DNA of 64,000 nt, taken from NCBI GenBank assembly GCA_964646855.1, contig CAZYHQ010000001.1, positions 3,414 through 67,413 of the forward strand. Direction: 5' to 3'. The DNA comes from an uncultured archaeon (lineage in GTDB: Archaea; Aenigmatarchaeota; Aenigmatarchaeia; CG10238-14; SCSR01). A model generated the notes under the pieces. The model did not search any database. It was given only the letters and a program-made list of their open reading frames with translations, and was not told where the DNA came from. Each line of letters begins with the position of its first letter. Positions within the stretch are counted from its first letter, which is position 1. This document shows positions 28,450-38,742 of this stretch, piece by piece. The translations under genes were made by a program, and so were the position numbers.

Positions 28450-29461
28450 ACAGGATCTGGAAAAAATAAAATCGGACATTTCAGATCTTCATTCAAAAAT
28501 TCAGGGAAAGACATTTTTGGTTACCGGCGGCGCTGGATTCATCGGAAGTTGGATTTGCGATTTGTTGGCAGACCTCGGCGCAAAAGTCATTTGCGTCGAC
28601 AACCTAGTTACAGGCTCGGAAAAAAATTTGCAGAACAGAAACCAAAACATGCAATTCGTCAACTCTGACATAACAAACTTCGAATTCAAAGGCGACTGCG
28701 ACTACATAATACATCTGGCTGCAATACCTTCCCCGCTTGTTTATTTGGAAAGGCCGATAGAGACTTTGAACACGAGCATAACAGGGACAAAAAATATTTT
28801 GGAGATTGCACGTAGAACAAACGTCAAGGGTTTTATTTTTGCAAGTACTAGCGAGGTGTATGGCGACCCACCAGCCGACATGGTTCCGACATCAGAAAAC
28901 TTTTTCGGTTATGTCAATCCAGTTGGTGCAAGAGCAGCATACTACGAAGGGAAAAGAATTGCAGAAACGCTCTGCTCGCTATATTGGAAAGATTACAAGA
29001 CGCCTGTTAGAATTGCCAGACTGTTCAACACGTATGGTCCAAGATTAGATTTTAAGCTCCCGTCCTCTTATGGACGGGCCGTGATTAATTTCATCAAGCA
29101 ATCTCTAAACAACGAACCTGTTTTGGTTTTCGGCGACGGAAAACAAACACGCAGCTTCTGCTACATTACTGACACAATAACCGGAATACTTAGGTTGCTG
29201 TTAATTGACGGACTTGACGGTAAGGTAATCAACATCGGTAATCAGGAGGAAATTAAAATCATCGATCTGGCTGAAAAAATAATTTCATTTACAAACCCAA
29301 ATTCGAAAGTTGCTTTTAAACAGTTGCCTGAAGATGATCCGCTGAGACGACTACCTGACATAACAAAAGCCCAGCAACTGTTGGGTTACAAGCCAGCTGT
29401 AGGTTTGGACGAAGGTCTGAAGCGTACTATAGAATGGGCAAGAGTTCACTTCACGATGTGA
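28424..29461 (+). CDS. NAD-dependent epimerase/dehydratase, UDP-glucuronate decarboxylase (UXS)-like
   Basis: [12 protein letters not shown] motif, with the DNLVTGS and YxxxK features of extended SDRs of the UXS type. Sits downstream of the nucleotide-sugar dehydrogenase. Confidence 0.75.
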   Translation: MIRMDEIVRQDLEKIKSDISDLHSKIQGKTFLVTGGAGFIGSWICDLLADLGAKVICVDNLVTGSEKNLQNRNQNMQFVNSDITNFEFKGDCDYIIHLAAIPSPLVYLERPIETLNTSITGTKNILEIARRTNVKGFIFASTSEVYGDPPADMVPTSENFFGYVNPVGARAAYYEGKRIAETLCSLYWKDYKTPVRIARLFNTYGPRLDFKLPSSYGRAVINFIKQSLNNEPVLVFGDGKQTRSFCYITDTITGILRLLLIDGLDGKVINIGNQEEIKIIDLAEKIISFTNPNSKVAFKQLPEDDPLRRLPDITKAQQLLGYKPAVGLDEGLKRTIEWARVHFTM

Positions 29462-29467
29462 GTTACC

Positions 29468-30406
29468 ATGATGAAAATTTTAGTGACAGAACCGGAATTT
29501 TTTTATGAAGATTTCTTTGAAACCCTTCAAAAATCTGGGAGCTCGGTTGTAAAAATTTTTGGCAGTGACTCGCTGGTTAAAGAAATTGTTGACGCAGACA
29601 TACTCATAATAAGAGTCGGGACAACCGTTGGCAAAGAACTTTTAGACAGGGCCAAACAACTGAAACTGATAGTATCGGCTACGACCGGTTTGAACCACAT
29701 AGATATGGAGTATGCAAAAGAAAAGAAAATAGAAATCTTCAATCCTGTCGGATATGCGACCGAATCAACGGCCGAACATACCTTCGCTTTGATTTTAAGC
29801 TTAGCTAGGAGGATTCCATGGGCATTTCAGTCAGTTGCTGTTGGCGAATGGGAGCGACACAAATTTTCTGGCGTGCAGCTCTCAGGAAAAGTTTTAGGAA
29901 TAATCGGTCTCGGCAGGATAGGAAAAGAAACAGCCAAATATGCACTCGCATTCGGCATGAAAGTTTTAACTTACGACCCCTACATTACGAAAGAAATTGC
30001 TACTGATGCAGGTTCAGAAATGGTCTCGTTGGAAGAACTTTTGTCCAAATCAGACTTCATAACTGTAAATGTTGCACTAACTCCGGAGACACAAGGCATG
30101 ATTAACAAAGACATTTTTAACAAAATGAAAAAAGGTGCAATGTTAATTAACACTTCGCGCGGCGCCGTGATTAATGAAAACGATTTGGTTGAAGCTCTTG
30201 AGTATGGAAAAATTTCCGGAGCGGCTTTGGACGTTTTCGCAACCGAACCATTGACTGTAAACAGTTCGCTGATTACATACTCCAAAAATCACACCAATCT
30301 CCTGCTAACTCCGCATATAGGAGGTTCTACGGACCAGTCGATGAGGAATGCGTGCGATCGCATAACGGCAAAATTAAAAGAGCTTCTAGAGAAATCTGGC
30401 TCTTAG
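29468..30406 (+). CDS. D-isomer-specific 2-hydroxyacid dehydrogenase (phosphoglycerate dehydrogenase-like)
   Basis: NAD motif GIIGLGRIGKETA plus the catalytic region (TSRGAVIN, HIGGST). 312 aa. Confidence 0.75.
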   Translation: MMKILVTEPEFFYEDFFETLQKSGSSVVKIFGSDSLVKEIVDADILIIRVGTTVGKELLDRAKQLKLIVSATTGLNHIDMEYAKEKKIEIFNPVGYATESTAEHTFALILSLARRIPWAFQSVAVGEWERHKFSGVQLSGKVLGIIGLGRIGKETAKYALAFGMKVLTYDPYITKEIATDAGSEMVSLEELLSKSDFITVNVALTPETQGMINKDIFNKMKKGAMLINTSRGAVINENDLVEALEYGKISGAALDVFATEPLTVNSSLITYSKNHTNLLLTPHIGGSTDQSMRNACDRITAKLKELLEKSGS

Positions 30407-31057
30407 CGCCGCAAACAAAAAGTTCAGTATATCATTGAAAAATTTCAGTTTCGACCTGCCTCTCCTTTCTTCAAAATCAATCGGAACATCTTTGTATCTG
30501 TAACCTTTTCGGATTGCCATCGTTGTAAACATAACTTCGTATTCCAGGCCGCCCTTAGGTTCTATCTTCTTTGCAATCGGAAGTTTCGTCAGCTCCTTTT
30601 TGAAAATTCTCATCCCGCTTGTCGCATCGGTTATCCTTGTAAGATTAATAACTGATATCACCAACGAGCCGACTATGTTCGCCAGATTCCGAAACCAAGG
30701 AAGACCTTTTGCAAAACCTTTTGCAAATCTCGAGCCCACAACCAAGTCATTGTTTTTTATCGCAGCAATCAATTTCGGGAAATCTTCAGGCGGATAAGAA
30801 GCATCCGAGTCTATCGTCCCGATTATATCATGCTTTGCGTGTTCGTATCCAGTTTTCAGCGCGTATATCTTGCCCTTGTTCGGCACGTATCTTACAACTT
30901 TAACCCCAGTCTTCTTTGCTTCCATGTATGTCTTGTCGGTAGAGCCGTCGTCCACCACGATTATTTCGGCGTCTGGCAAGGTTTTTTTAGTGCGCTGTAC
31001 CACTTCCCGGATAGATTTTTCTTCGTTGTAGGCAGGAATTATTATCGAAATTTTCAT
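30386..31057 (-). CDS. GT2 glycosyltransferase (dolichyl-phosphate sugar synthase-like)
   Basis: ISIIIPAYNEE, VVDDGSTD and DSD(A) motifs. 223 aa. DPM-synthase-like architecture. Confidence 0.8.
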   Translation of the reverse strand: MKISIIIPAYNEEKSIREVVQRTKKTLPDAEIIVVDDGSTDKTYMEAKKTGVKVVRYVPNKGKIYALKTGYEHAKHDIIGTIDSDASYPPEDFPKLIAAIKNNDLVVGSRFAKGFAKGLPWFRNLANIVGSLVISVINLTRITDATSGMRIFKKELTKLPIAKKIEPKGGLEYEVMFTTMAIRKGYRYKDVPIDFEERRGRSKLKFFNDILNFLFAALRARFL

Positions 31058-31092
31058 CTTATTAATTTTGAATTGAGGTTAATTATAAATAG

Positions 31093-31803
31093 TTGAATCA
31101 AATGTCAGCAGAGATTAGCGTAATCGTACCGGCGTATAATTCGGAAAAGACTTTGAAAGTCGTCACATCACAACTGCTCACAGAGTTGAGGAAAATCAAA
31201 AAAGGTTCCGAACTAATTATAGCGGAAGACGGAAGCACAGACAATACCTATCAGCTCGCCAAGGGCATTTCGAAAAGCCACAAAAATGTCAGACTAATCC
31301 ACTCAGATGAAAAATTAGGAAAGGGCGGAGCTCTAGGAAACGCTTTTTTCAAAGCCAGAGGCAGAAAAATAATTTTCATCGATGCGGATTACATCGATGT
31401 TCCCAAATTTCTGCCTCAAATGGTAAACGCTCTTGACAGGTTTGATGTTGTCATAGGAAGCAGGTACCAGAAGCCATCAAAGACAAAAAGAATTTTTAGA
31501 AGGCTGGTGGCAAGCAAGGTTTACATATTCTTGGCAAAACTTTTCTTCTTTCTCCCGTTTTCAGATCTGCAGTGTGGGTTCAAAGGAATGAATAAAAAGG
31601 TTGTAGGGATGCTGAAAAATGTCAAGTCCAGAGATTATTTCTGGGATACGGAATTTTTAGTAAAGGCAAGCAGAGACGGTTACACCATTTCCGAGATTCC
31701 AATAACTTGGATCGAAAAAAAATCCAAACACTCTGCGAGTTTGCTCAAAAACTCATTTAAGTTCGTGAAATCTTTAATTAAATTAAGATTAGGACTTTTA
31801 TGA
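31093..31803 (+). CDS. GT2 glycosyltransferase (dolichyl-phosphate sugar synthase-like)
   Basis: ISVIVPAYNSE, AEDGSTDNT and DADY motifs. 236 aa. Overlaps the next gene by 4 nt. Confidence 0.75.
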   Translation: MNQMSAEISVIVPAYNSEKTLKVVTSQLLTELRKIKKGSELIIAEDGSTDNTYQLAKGISKSHKNVRLIHSDEKLGKGGALGNAFFKARGRKIIFIDADYIDVPKFLPQMVNALDRFDVVIGSRYQKPSKTKRIFRRLVASKVYIFLAKLFFFLPFSDLQCGFKGMNKKVVGMLKNVKSRDYFWDTEFLVKASRDGYTISEIPITWIEKKSKHSASLLKNSFKFVKSLIKLRLGLL

Positions 31804-33383
31804 AAATCAGATTGAGCGCGCTCTGGTTGCTTGGAATTCTTGTACTAGCTGTAATTTTCAGATTTTACAATTTGAATGAGCCGATGGTGTGGGTAGACGA
31901 GCCCATCTACATAGTCGGCGGTATCAAACTACTTTTGCAGGACAGGAACCTTTACGACCCAAGCTTGTGGAATTTCGAGCACCCGCCATTGTCAAAATAT
32001 CTAATTGGTATAACCACGACTTTCGCTCCGGTGAGCTTTGACGCAATAACACAGCTCCCACCGAACTACTATGTAGGATTAGGAAACCCGAACGTGGCAG
32101 AGGCTATGGACGCGGCGTTGACATTTTCAAGATCTTCTGCGGCGGTCTTCGGCGTTCTGCTAGTTCTGATAGTTTACTTGTTCGCAAGAAACCTGTACGG
32201 TGAAATTAATGCAATACCCGCTGGTCTCATGGCTGTTCTATCTGTGGACCTTCTCGCTTTCAGCAGAAATGCGCACTTGGACATCTTTCTGTTTTTCTTT
32301 TCAACTTTAGGCGTATATTTATTTTACAAATTTGTTAACTCAGAAGGAAGCAGACTCGCCTTTTCAAAAACGGATTTCAAACTCGTGTTAAACAACAGGC
32401 TAGTTTATCTATTATCTTCCGCACTAGCTGTAGGATTGTCTTTATTGACAAAAACCATCCAACCATTCATTTTGTTACCAGTTTTCATTGTGCTATACTT
32501 CGTATTCAGGCAAAAAATCTCTTTACCAGAAATCCTAATATTTTTCTTAATTTCAATCGCTGTTTTTTTCATAGGACTCGGCGGCAACTTGGAACTATAC
32601 TCACAGGCAGTTTCCTATTTTGGCGGCGACGGGTCCCTAATTAATTTCTCCAACATTATCAATTCCAGTAAAATACTTCTCAGAATACAACCTGCGTTGA
32701 CAGTAATTGTCTTGATTGCTGCAATAAGTTTCTTGCGCAGAAAGAATTTTGTGAACAACGAGCTATTCGCAATTATCCCGGCTATGTTCATAATTTTATC
32801 ATTCATACTTACGACAAATCAACATTACAGGTATTTCGATTTCGCACTGCCGTTCTTGATAATTTTTTCAGCCCGAATTTTCTCGACACGTAAAGCAATT
32901 TACTATTCTGTCCCGCTGTTCGCGCTGTTACTCTACACAGCAGTTGTTTGGTCGCCAGACTATCTTATTTACACAAATCTATTGGACGAGCTGACTGGGA
33001 GAAGCTATTTCTGGTCTAACTTCGGCTTCACAGGGTTCAGCGAATCGGCAAACTACCTGAAGGAAAAGACAACTCAGGATGATTTAATTTTTTCCTCGGA
33101 CGATGCTATAAGATACAGGCTAAGTAGAAACCTTATTGTACATGAAAACGGCAGGAACACAGTCTATCTTGTAGACGGGAGGTTTGCAGATTTGGAATCC
33201 AACAGATGTCCTACCATAGACGATTTGAAATTAAATAATGTAACATACGCAGTCGTCGCGAATCCCATCAGCTTGGGGGATGAATACTGCAGTACAATCA
33301 AAGACCTTTACAGAACTTTGGAACCGGTCCTGACAGTCCATAAAAACAATGTGGACGTAATGAAAGTTTTCAAGTTGGTGTAA
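31800..33383 (+). CDS. GT-C family membrane glycosyltransferase (ArnT / PMT-like, GT39/GT83-type)
   Basis: 527 aa, ~11 TM helices. The first extracytoplasmic loop carries an acidic motif (VWVDEP) typical of GT-C enzymes that use polyprenyl-phosphate sugar donors. Confidence 0.6.
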   Translation: MKIRLSALWLLGILVLAVIFRFYNLNEPMVWVDEPIYIVGGIKLLLQDRNLYDPSLWNFEHPPLSKYLIGITTTFAPVSFDAITQLPPNYYVGLGNPNVAEAMDAALTFSRSSAAVFGVLLVLIVYLFARNLYGEINAIPAGLMAVLSVDLLAFSRNAHLDIFLFFFSTLGVYLFYKFVNSEGSRLAFSKTDFKLVLNNRLVYLLSSALAVGLSLLTKTIQPFILLPVFIVLYFVFRQKISLPEILIFFLISIAVFFIGLGGNLELYSQAVSYFGGDGSLINFSNIINSSKILLRIQPALTVIVLIAAISFLRRKNFVNNELFAIIPAMFIILSFILTTNQHYRYFDFALPFLIIFSARIFSTRKAIYYSVPLFALLLYTAVVWSPDYLIYTNLLDELTGRSYFWSNFGFTGFSESANYLKEKTTQDDLIFSSDDAIRYRLSRNLIVHENGRNTVYLVDGRFADLESNRCPTIDDLKLNNVTYAVVANPISLGDEYCSTIKDLYRTLEPVLTVHKNNVDVMKVFKLV

Positions 33384-35179
33384 TGCAGATTAAATTCCGG
33401 ATTACAAAAACAAAAATTGTCCTAGTCGCATTTCTAGTGCTTTTAGCAGGACTCTACTGGAATTCCCGTCAGCACGTACTGACATACGACGATTACAGAG
33501 ACATGCATCTGGGAAAAAATCTTCTAAGCGGACAGTACAGTTTTTTCGGCGACGCTTACTTCAAGCATCCACCATTGTACATGATGACTCTAGCAGCAAG
33601 TTTTTCAATTTTCGGTTTTGGCGAAGACGCAGGTTACATCGTTTCAATTTTCTTTGCTCTGGCAACTTTATTCATTACTTTCCTGTTCGCAAGAAAAATT
33701 ACAAATAACAAAATCGCGTTCGCCGCAATTGCGATACTCGCTGTCAACCCTTGGTTCGTGCAGTTTGCAAGAGATTTGCGTTTTGAAATGGCAACAACCT
33801 TCTTTTTCATTCTGAGCCTTTACATGTACTGGAGATTTTTTGAAACCAGCAACAAAAAATATCTCATCGCATCCGGCGTTTCGATTGGCTTGGGCCTTTT
33901 GACAAAATCTTTTATCTTTCTGCTGTTTCCAGCGTATTTACTTTTCGTAATTCTGCTGGCGTACAAGAAAAAACACAGTTTCGTTAAAGGATTTTTCCAT
34001 CTAGCAATCATGACAGCAATCGCATTTGTCGTTTACTTACCGTGGATTGCGTACGGCTCCTTGAACCACGGACCATCACAGCTTACAGCGCAGATAGAAG
34101 AGTTCACAGGCAAACTAAGTTGGGCTCCGGATTATGTGCCGCCACCGTTCTACTTTTACATTCAAGAATTACCTAAAGTGCTTACGTATCCCATAATGTT
34201 ACTTTCCATACTCGGATTTGTTTACTTCATTAAAAATAAATCGAAAAGTTTGTTGTTAGTGTTGTGTTGGATTTTTGTTTACTTCATTTTTGTTTCGATA
34301 ATGGGTTGGAAGGAAGGCAGGTTTTTGATGTACATTTTGCCAGGATTTGCTGTTCTAGCTGCTCTGGGACTAAACTGGATTTTGCCGAAAATCAAGCTAG
34401 CTAAGAGTAGTATATTTTGGATTTTTGTAATCTCGGTGATTTTCTTAACAGTTACGCCAATAACATTTCTAGGCATCTCTAACGACGTCTTCAGCCAACT
34501 GTGGCCATATGCAAAATCTCCTGCTGATTGGGAACTTTGGGATTATGTTGACCAGCTTGTGGACAAAAACGACTATCTGCTAACAAACAATTATGGAATG
34601 GTTGAAATTTATTCACGACCGTCTGATGCTTTGTTTAAAAATTGGCAGACTGATTCGATGAGATTTTTGATGTTCGATTCACAGTATGCATTGATCGAAA
34701 CCAACGTTGATTATCCAAGAAACTCCCCAGAAATTTTCACTCCCATAAAGAGTTTTAATTTTGTCACGTACGAAAATAACATTTCTCTAATACTTTACAA
34801 GGTTGATTTGGAAAAACTGTCGCAGCTGATTTATGGCAACAACACAATAAAGGTTACCGGAAAGATCTATGACGTAAACACCGGTCAAAGCATACACAGA
34901 GCAAAGCTGCTTGCTGCAGACCCCTCTTCTGGCCAGCTAATCGGTATATTTTATTCCAAAATGGACGGAACAGTTACTGCTTACCTACCAGCGCACGCTA
35001 CTTATTTAATGCAGACAAGCGCTTTTGGATACGAGCTGAAGAATTTGCTTGTTGATTTGAAACCAGACGCTATTACAATTTGTGAAACACAAAACCAGTG
35101 CTTTCAGAAACCCAGTCTGGAAATTGGTTTAGCCTTCAAAAGTTTTCTTGTCCATGAATATCCGAACGTAAGATTCTAA
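33383..35179 (+). CDS. GT-C family membrane glycosyltransferase (ArnT / PMT-like), paralog with a large C-terminal soluble domain
   Basis: 598 aa. N-terminal multi-TM region followed by a ~200-aa C-terminal extracytoplasmic domain. Start overlaps the previous stop by 1 nt. Confidence 0.6.
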   Translation: MQIKFRITKTKIVLVAFLVLLAGLYWNSRQHVLTYDDYRDMHLGKNLLSGQYSFFGDAYFKHPPLYMMTLAASFSIFGFGEDAGYIVSIFFALATLFITFLFARKITNNKIAFAAIAILAVNPWFVQFARDLRFEMATTFFFILSLYMYWRFFETSNKKYLIASGVSIGLGLLTKSFIFLLFPAYLLFVILLAYKKKHSFVKGFFHLAIMTAIAFVVYLPWIAYGSLNHGPSQLTAQIEEFTGKLSWAPDYVPPPFYFYIQELPKVLTYPIMLLSILGFVYFIKNKSKSLLLVLCWIFVYFIFVSIMGWKEGRFLMYILPGFAVLAALGLNWILPKIKLAKSSIFWIFVISVIFLTVTPITFLGISNDVFSQLWPYAKSPADWELWDYVDQLVDKNDYLLTNNYGMVEIYSRPSDALFKNWQTDSMRFLMFDSQYALIETNVDYPRNSPEIFTPIKSFNFVTYENNISLILYKVDLEKLSQLIYGNNTIKVTGKIYDVNTGQSIHRAKLLAADPSSGQLIGIFYSKMDGTVTAYLPAHATYLMQTSAFGYELKNLLVDLKPDAITICETQNQCFQKPSLEIGLAFKSFLVHEYPNVRF

Positions 35180-35204
35180 ATAACTTCAGAAACTTCTAAA
35201 ACAC

Positions 35205-36572
35205 TTATTCAATTTTGTAAATATCAATGTAACCTGACATAACTTTTTTGACGTTAGGTTGCTTTTCAATGAACTCTGGAAGAGGGCCATCAAAGTAAAT
35301 ATAATTTATTTTGTATTTTTCTACGTTTTCCAAGAACTCCTGCTCACTGGAACCAGCAGGAACCCAATTTCTTTTCGTGTACAACCAAAGCCATGCATGC
35401 GCATTTGTCATCACGGTTTCATTTTCTGATGTCATATCTTTCACATATAATGCCGCGTTTTTTCTGTCCAAACTCTCAGCAAAGTATGCTCTAATTTCGA
35501 TGAAACTCGGCAATTGTTTGAATTCTTGATGGGGATTGATGAAAAGATACGTGACAACGTATCCGACTACAAGATTTAGGGAAAGCGAAATCAAAACAAG
35601 CGCTACAAGCCTTTTGCTGCTTCGATCAAAACCACCGAAAGCAAGAATTGCAATGAAAGGCAGAAGCGGTATCAAATATCTGAACGATGACAGAATAAAA
35701 CCGTTCGCCACAAGGAAAACCACAATAAAAATTACACTGAACTTTTGCCAAGTCAGTTTCGGTTTTGATTTGTAGAATTTGTAAATACCATAAACGAAAA
35801 ACGGCGTGGAGAAAAGAGGAAGCAACCAAAAATACAAAACATAATTAGTGGGAAATTCAAATTTTTCGAACTTCAGTTGCGGAGAATTAGCGATTACTTC
35901 ATTTGAATTAATTGCAAAATCAATGAACGGGTATGCAATCAACAGAGACACAATAATGCCTACAAAAAAATACTGCGTGGTTAAAATTTTTTTCAACCAA
36001 CCTCTCTCGAGAGTGAGAAAGTAAATAAGGTATATCACGGGAATTATAAAAAGATTGTATCGTGTCAATATCGCCAAGACCAAAGTTGCCGCAAACGGGA
36101 CGAAGAACCTAACATCCTTGCGCATTTTTACGAAAAGGTAGAAGGACAGCACAACGAGTAAAATGGACAGCATTTCCACAAAAATTCTATTCGAAAAGAA
36201 AACAACAAGATGGTTAGTAGCCAAAAACAAAGTTGCAAGCAGGCTTACCTTCTTTGAGTAAAAACTCTTCAAAACAGTGTAGAAAATTACTACCGACACA
36301 ACAAACAACATCGATACAAAAATCTGAGCAACTGCAATCTCTGCACCAAATATAGAAAATAAACCTGCAAGCATTATAGGAAACAAAGGAGGTCGAAACG
36401 CCTCTACATTAAGATTTCCTATATAGCCGTATTCCTTGCCTTCAGCTAAGCTTTCTGCCAGACCCAAATAGACGGCCTCGTCCCACGAGAAAGAGACATT
36501 GATATCGAATGTAGCTAACCGAATTCCGATTACAACCAATAACAATAAAAGAAGAAATTTTTCTAGTTTCAT
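35205..36572 (-). CDS. GT-C family membrane glycosyltransferase (ArnT / PMT-like), third paralog
   Basis: 455 aa. N-terminal pattern (FSWDEAVYLGLAESL...FRPPLFPIM) is typical of PMT_2/ArnT-like GT-C enzymes. Multiple TM helices. Confidence 0.6.
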   Translation of the reverse strand: MKLEKFLLLLLLVVIGIRLATFDINVSFSWDEAVYLGLAESLAEGKEYGYIGNLNVEAFRPPLFPIMLAGLFSIFGAEIAVAQIFVSMLFVVSVVIFYTVLKSFYSKKVSLLATLFLATNHLVVFFSNRIFVEMLSILLVVLSFYLFVKMRKDVRFFVPFAATLVLAILTRYNLFIIPVIYLIYFLTLERGWLKKILTTQYFFVGIIVSLLIAYPFIDFAINSNEVIANSPQLKFEKFEFPTNYVLYFWLLPLFSTPFFVYGIYKFYKSKPKLTWQKFSVIFIVVFLVANGFILSSFRYLIPLLPFIAILAFGGFDRSSKRLVALVLISLSLNLVVGYVVTYLFINPHQEFKQLPSFIEIRAYFAESLDRKNAALYVKDMTSENETVMTNAHAWLWLYTKRNWVPAGSSEQEFLENVEKYKINYIYFDGPLPEFIEKQPNVKKVMSGYIDIYKIE

Positions 36573-36943
36573 TACGACTCCAACTTTTCCAATTTAACCT
36601 TCCCATCTTTTACGTCAGTTACGGTGTACCCATTTTTCTTGTAAAAGTTAATAACCTTGTCATCACCGATTGTTATCGCCCAAGGATTTTTCGGCTCGGT
36701 CTGCTCCAAGAGCAAAGAACCAACACCCATTCCCTGCGCTTTTTTGCTGACGGTAATTACACCCAATCTTCTGCCAGACCAAATTGCTATTCCAGATATT
36801 TTGTTCTCTTCGACACAAACGTAGGCCGTACCGCGTATTATACCCCTGACTAGAAAATAAAAAAAGCTCGGAAACAACCAATATTCTTTTTGCACACGTA
36901 TTACATCAATAACTTCACTAAGTTTCATCTTTCTTACTTGCAT
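36572..36943 (-). CDS. GNAT-family N-acetyltransferase (tentative)
   Basis: Acetyl-CoA-binding-like motif (KKAQGMGVGSLLLE) and C-terminal FYKKNGY. 123 aa. Confidence 0.5.
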   Translation of the reverse strand: MQVRKMKLSEVIDVIRVQKEYWLFPSFFYFLVRGIIRGTAYVCVEENKISGIAIWSGRRLGVITVSKKAQGMGVGSLLLEQTEPKNPWAITIGDDKVINFYKKNGYTVTDVKDGKVKLEKLES

Positions 36944-37023
36944 AATTTATTTCAGCCTCGCACACGAATTAAATTAAACATTTGTTCGAAAGATTTTTAT
37001 ATTCTATGGTCGTATGGTTTATA

Positions 37024-38217
37024 ATGAAAATTTGTTACCTCACCAGAATATTCCCACCGCGCATTGGCGGACCCGGGACGCTAACACACTTAATAGGGAC
37101 ACAAATGGTGAAGAGGGGTTTTGGTGTTACGGTCGTCACACAAAACAAAGGCGACGCCCCAAAGTACGAAGTCATCAACGGCATGAAGGTGCACAGGACT
37201 TTTTGTTTTTCAAACGAGTTTACGCCATACAACTTATCGATATCGACTGTACTGTTCATAAAAAAAGTTTTAGGACAGCTTGAACACAACGACATGTTCC
37301 AGGCAATGGACATTTCTGTCGCTGGATTCGGTGGCTACATAGCAAAGCACTTTTCAAAAAAGCCGTTCTTCCTGCACTATGGAGGAGATTTGGTCTTCGA
37401 ATTCCTTTCTCTGAAAAAACAAAAAAACTGGGATCCAAAAAAAGGCGTGACTGGAGCTTTAGAACAAAAAAGTCTTACTGCAAAAGTACTGCTGGCGATT
37501 CAAAATGACTACATGGAAAAATACAACGTCATTATTCCGGACAGCGAATTTGGGGAAAGACTGTTGCTAGAAAAGTTCCATGTTCCTAAGGAAAAGGTCA
37601 AGCTCATAGTTAACGGCGTGGATACGCAGAGATTCAAGCCTTCCAACAAGGAGCAGGCAAAAAAGAAACTTGGCTTGAACGGGCGGATAATTCTGACTGC
37701 TACACGCCTTGTGCCTTGGAAGGGAATAGATTTTTTAATCAAATCCATGCCAGCTGTCTTGAAAAAAATCCCTGATACGAAACTTATGATAGCCGGCGAG
37801 GGAATAATGTACGATAGGCTGCGCATTCTAGCAGAATCTTTGAAACTGGGGAATCACGTGAAACTTCTTGGCAGAGTACCTGAAGATTTGATGCCGTTTT
37901 ACATGAAGGCGTGCGATGTTTACGCCTTGCCATCATTTTTTGACACGGTTCCAAATATACTTTTGGAGATAATGTCATCCGGGAAACCGACAATAGTCTC
38001 TGACATAGACGGTTTGCGTGAAGTTGTCACAAATAAAACGAGCATCAAGATTCCAGTTGGGGATTCCGATGTGCTTGCAGAAAAATTGATTGAAGTGCTC
38101 TCGAGTTCAGATAAGATGCAGAAGATGGGTGCAGCCGCACGAAGGAACATACTACAAAAATACTCAAGAGAAAAAATGATTAAAGAATATGTGAAGTTGT
38201 ACGAATCTTGGTCGTGA
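37024..38217 (+). CDS. GT4 (GT-B fold) glycosyltransferase
   Basis: N-terminal PPRIGGPGT loop and C-terminal E-x7-E region (LPSFFDTVPNILLEIMSSGKPTI). ~398 aa from the ATG at 37024. Confidence 0.8.
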   Translation: MKICYLTRIFPPRIGGPGTLTHLIGTQMVKRGFGVTVVTQNKGDAPKYEVINGMKVHRTFCFSNEFTPYNLSISTVLFIKKVLGQLEHNDMFQAMDISVAGFGGYIAKHFSKKPFFLHYGGDLVFEFLSLKKQKNWDPKKGVTGALEQKSLTAKVLLAIQNDYMEKYNVIIPDSEFGERLLLEKFHVPKEKVKLIVNGVDTQRFKPSNKEQAKKKLGLNGRIILTATRLVPWKGIDFLIKSMPAVLKKIPDTKLMIAGEGIMYDRLRILAESLKLGNHVKLLGRVPEDLMPFYMKACDVYALPSFFDTVPNILLEIMSSGKPTIVSDIDGLREVVTNKTSIKIPVGDSDVLAEKLIEVLSSSDKMQKMGAAARRNILQKYSREKMIKEYVKLYESWS

Positions 38218-38717
38218 TTATTACGTTTATCAAAACACCACATCAATTTCTTGTAGAAAGAGAACTACGAAAATATGCAGCCAACAAAACAAATAAAAAA
38301 ATTCTAGAAATAGGGTCGGGAACCAGCAGTTACAGAAATTTTTTTGAAAAATGTTCCTTTCTCGCGACAGACATTAGAAAATTTTCTGGTGTAGACGAAA
38401 TAGCCGATGTAACAAAACTACAATACAAATCCAATTCGTTTGACATTGTGATTTGTGTAAGCGTTTTAGAGCATGTGAAGGACTACAACAAGGCCGTGTC
38501 AGAAATTTTTAGAGTCTTGAAACCTGGTGGTGAAACAGTCATTGCAGTACCCTTTTTATTTCCGTTGCATGATGTGCCAGGCGACTATTGGAGATTTACT
38601 GTTTACGCACTAAAAGAAATTTTGAAAAAATTCTCTAAGGTTATTGTAAAACCGATAATACCTTCAAAATTCCTTTGGAGATTTGTTCTCGACTACTTTG
38701 TTGTCGCGAAGAAATAA
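38208..38717 (+). CDS. class I SAM-dependent methyltransferase
   Basis: Motif I (ILEIGSGTSS), a post-I acidic residue, and motif LKPGG. 169 aa. Confidence 0.65.
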   Translation: MVVIITFIKTPHQFLVERELRKYAANKTNKKILEIGSGTSSYRNFFEKCSFLATDIRKFSGVDEIADVTKLQYKSNSFDIVICVSVLEHVKDYNKAVSEIFRVLKPGGETVIAVPFLFPLHDVPGDYWRFTVYALKEILKKFSKVIVKPIIPSKFLWRFVLDYFVVAKK

Positions 38718-38742
38718 ATACTGCGCGGCTCATTTTATTTGT

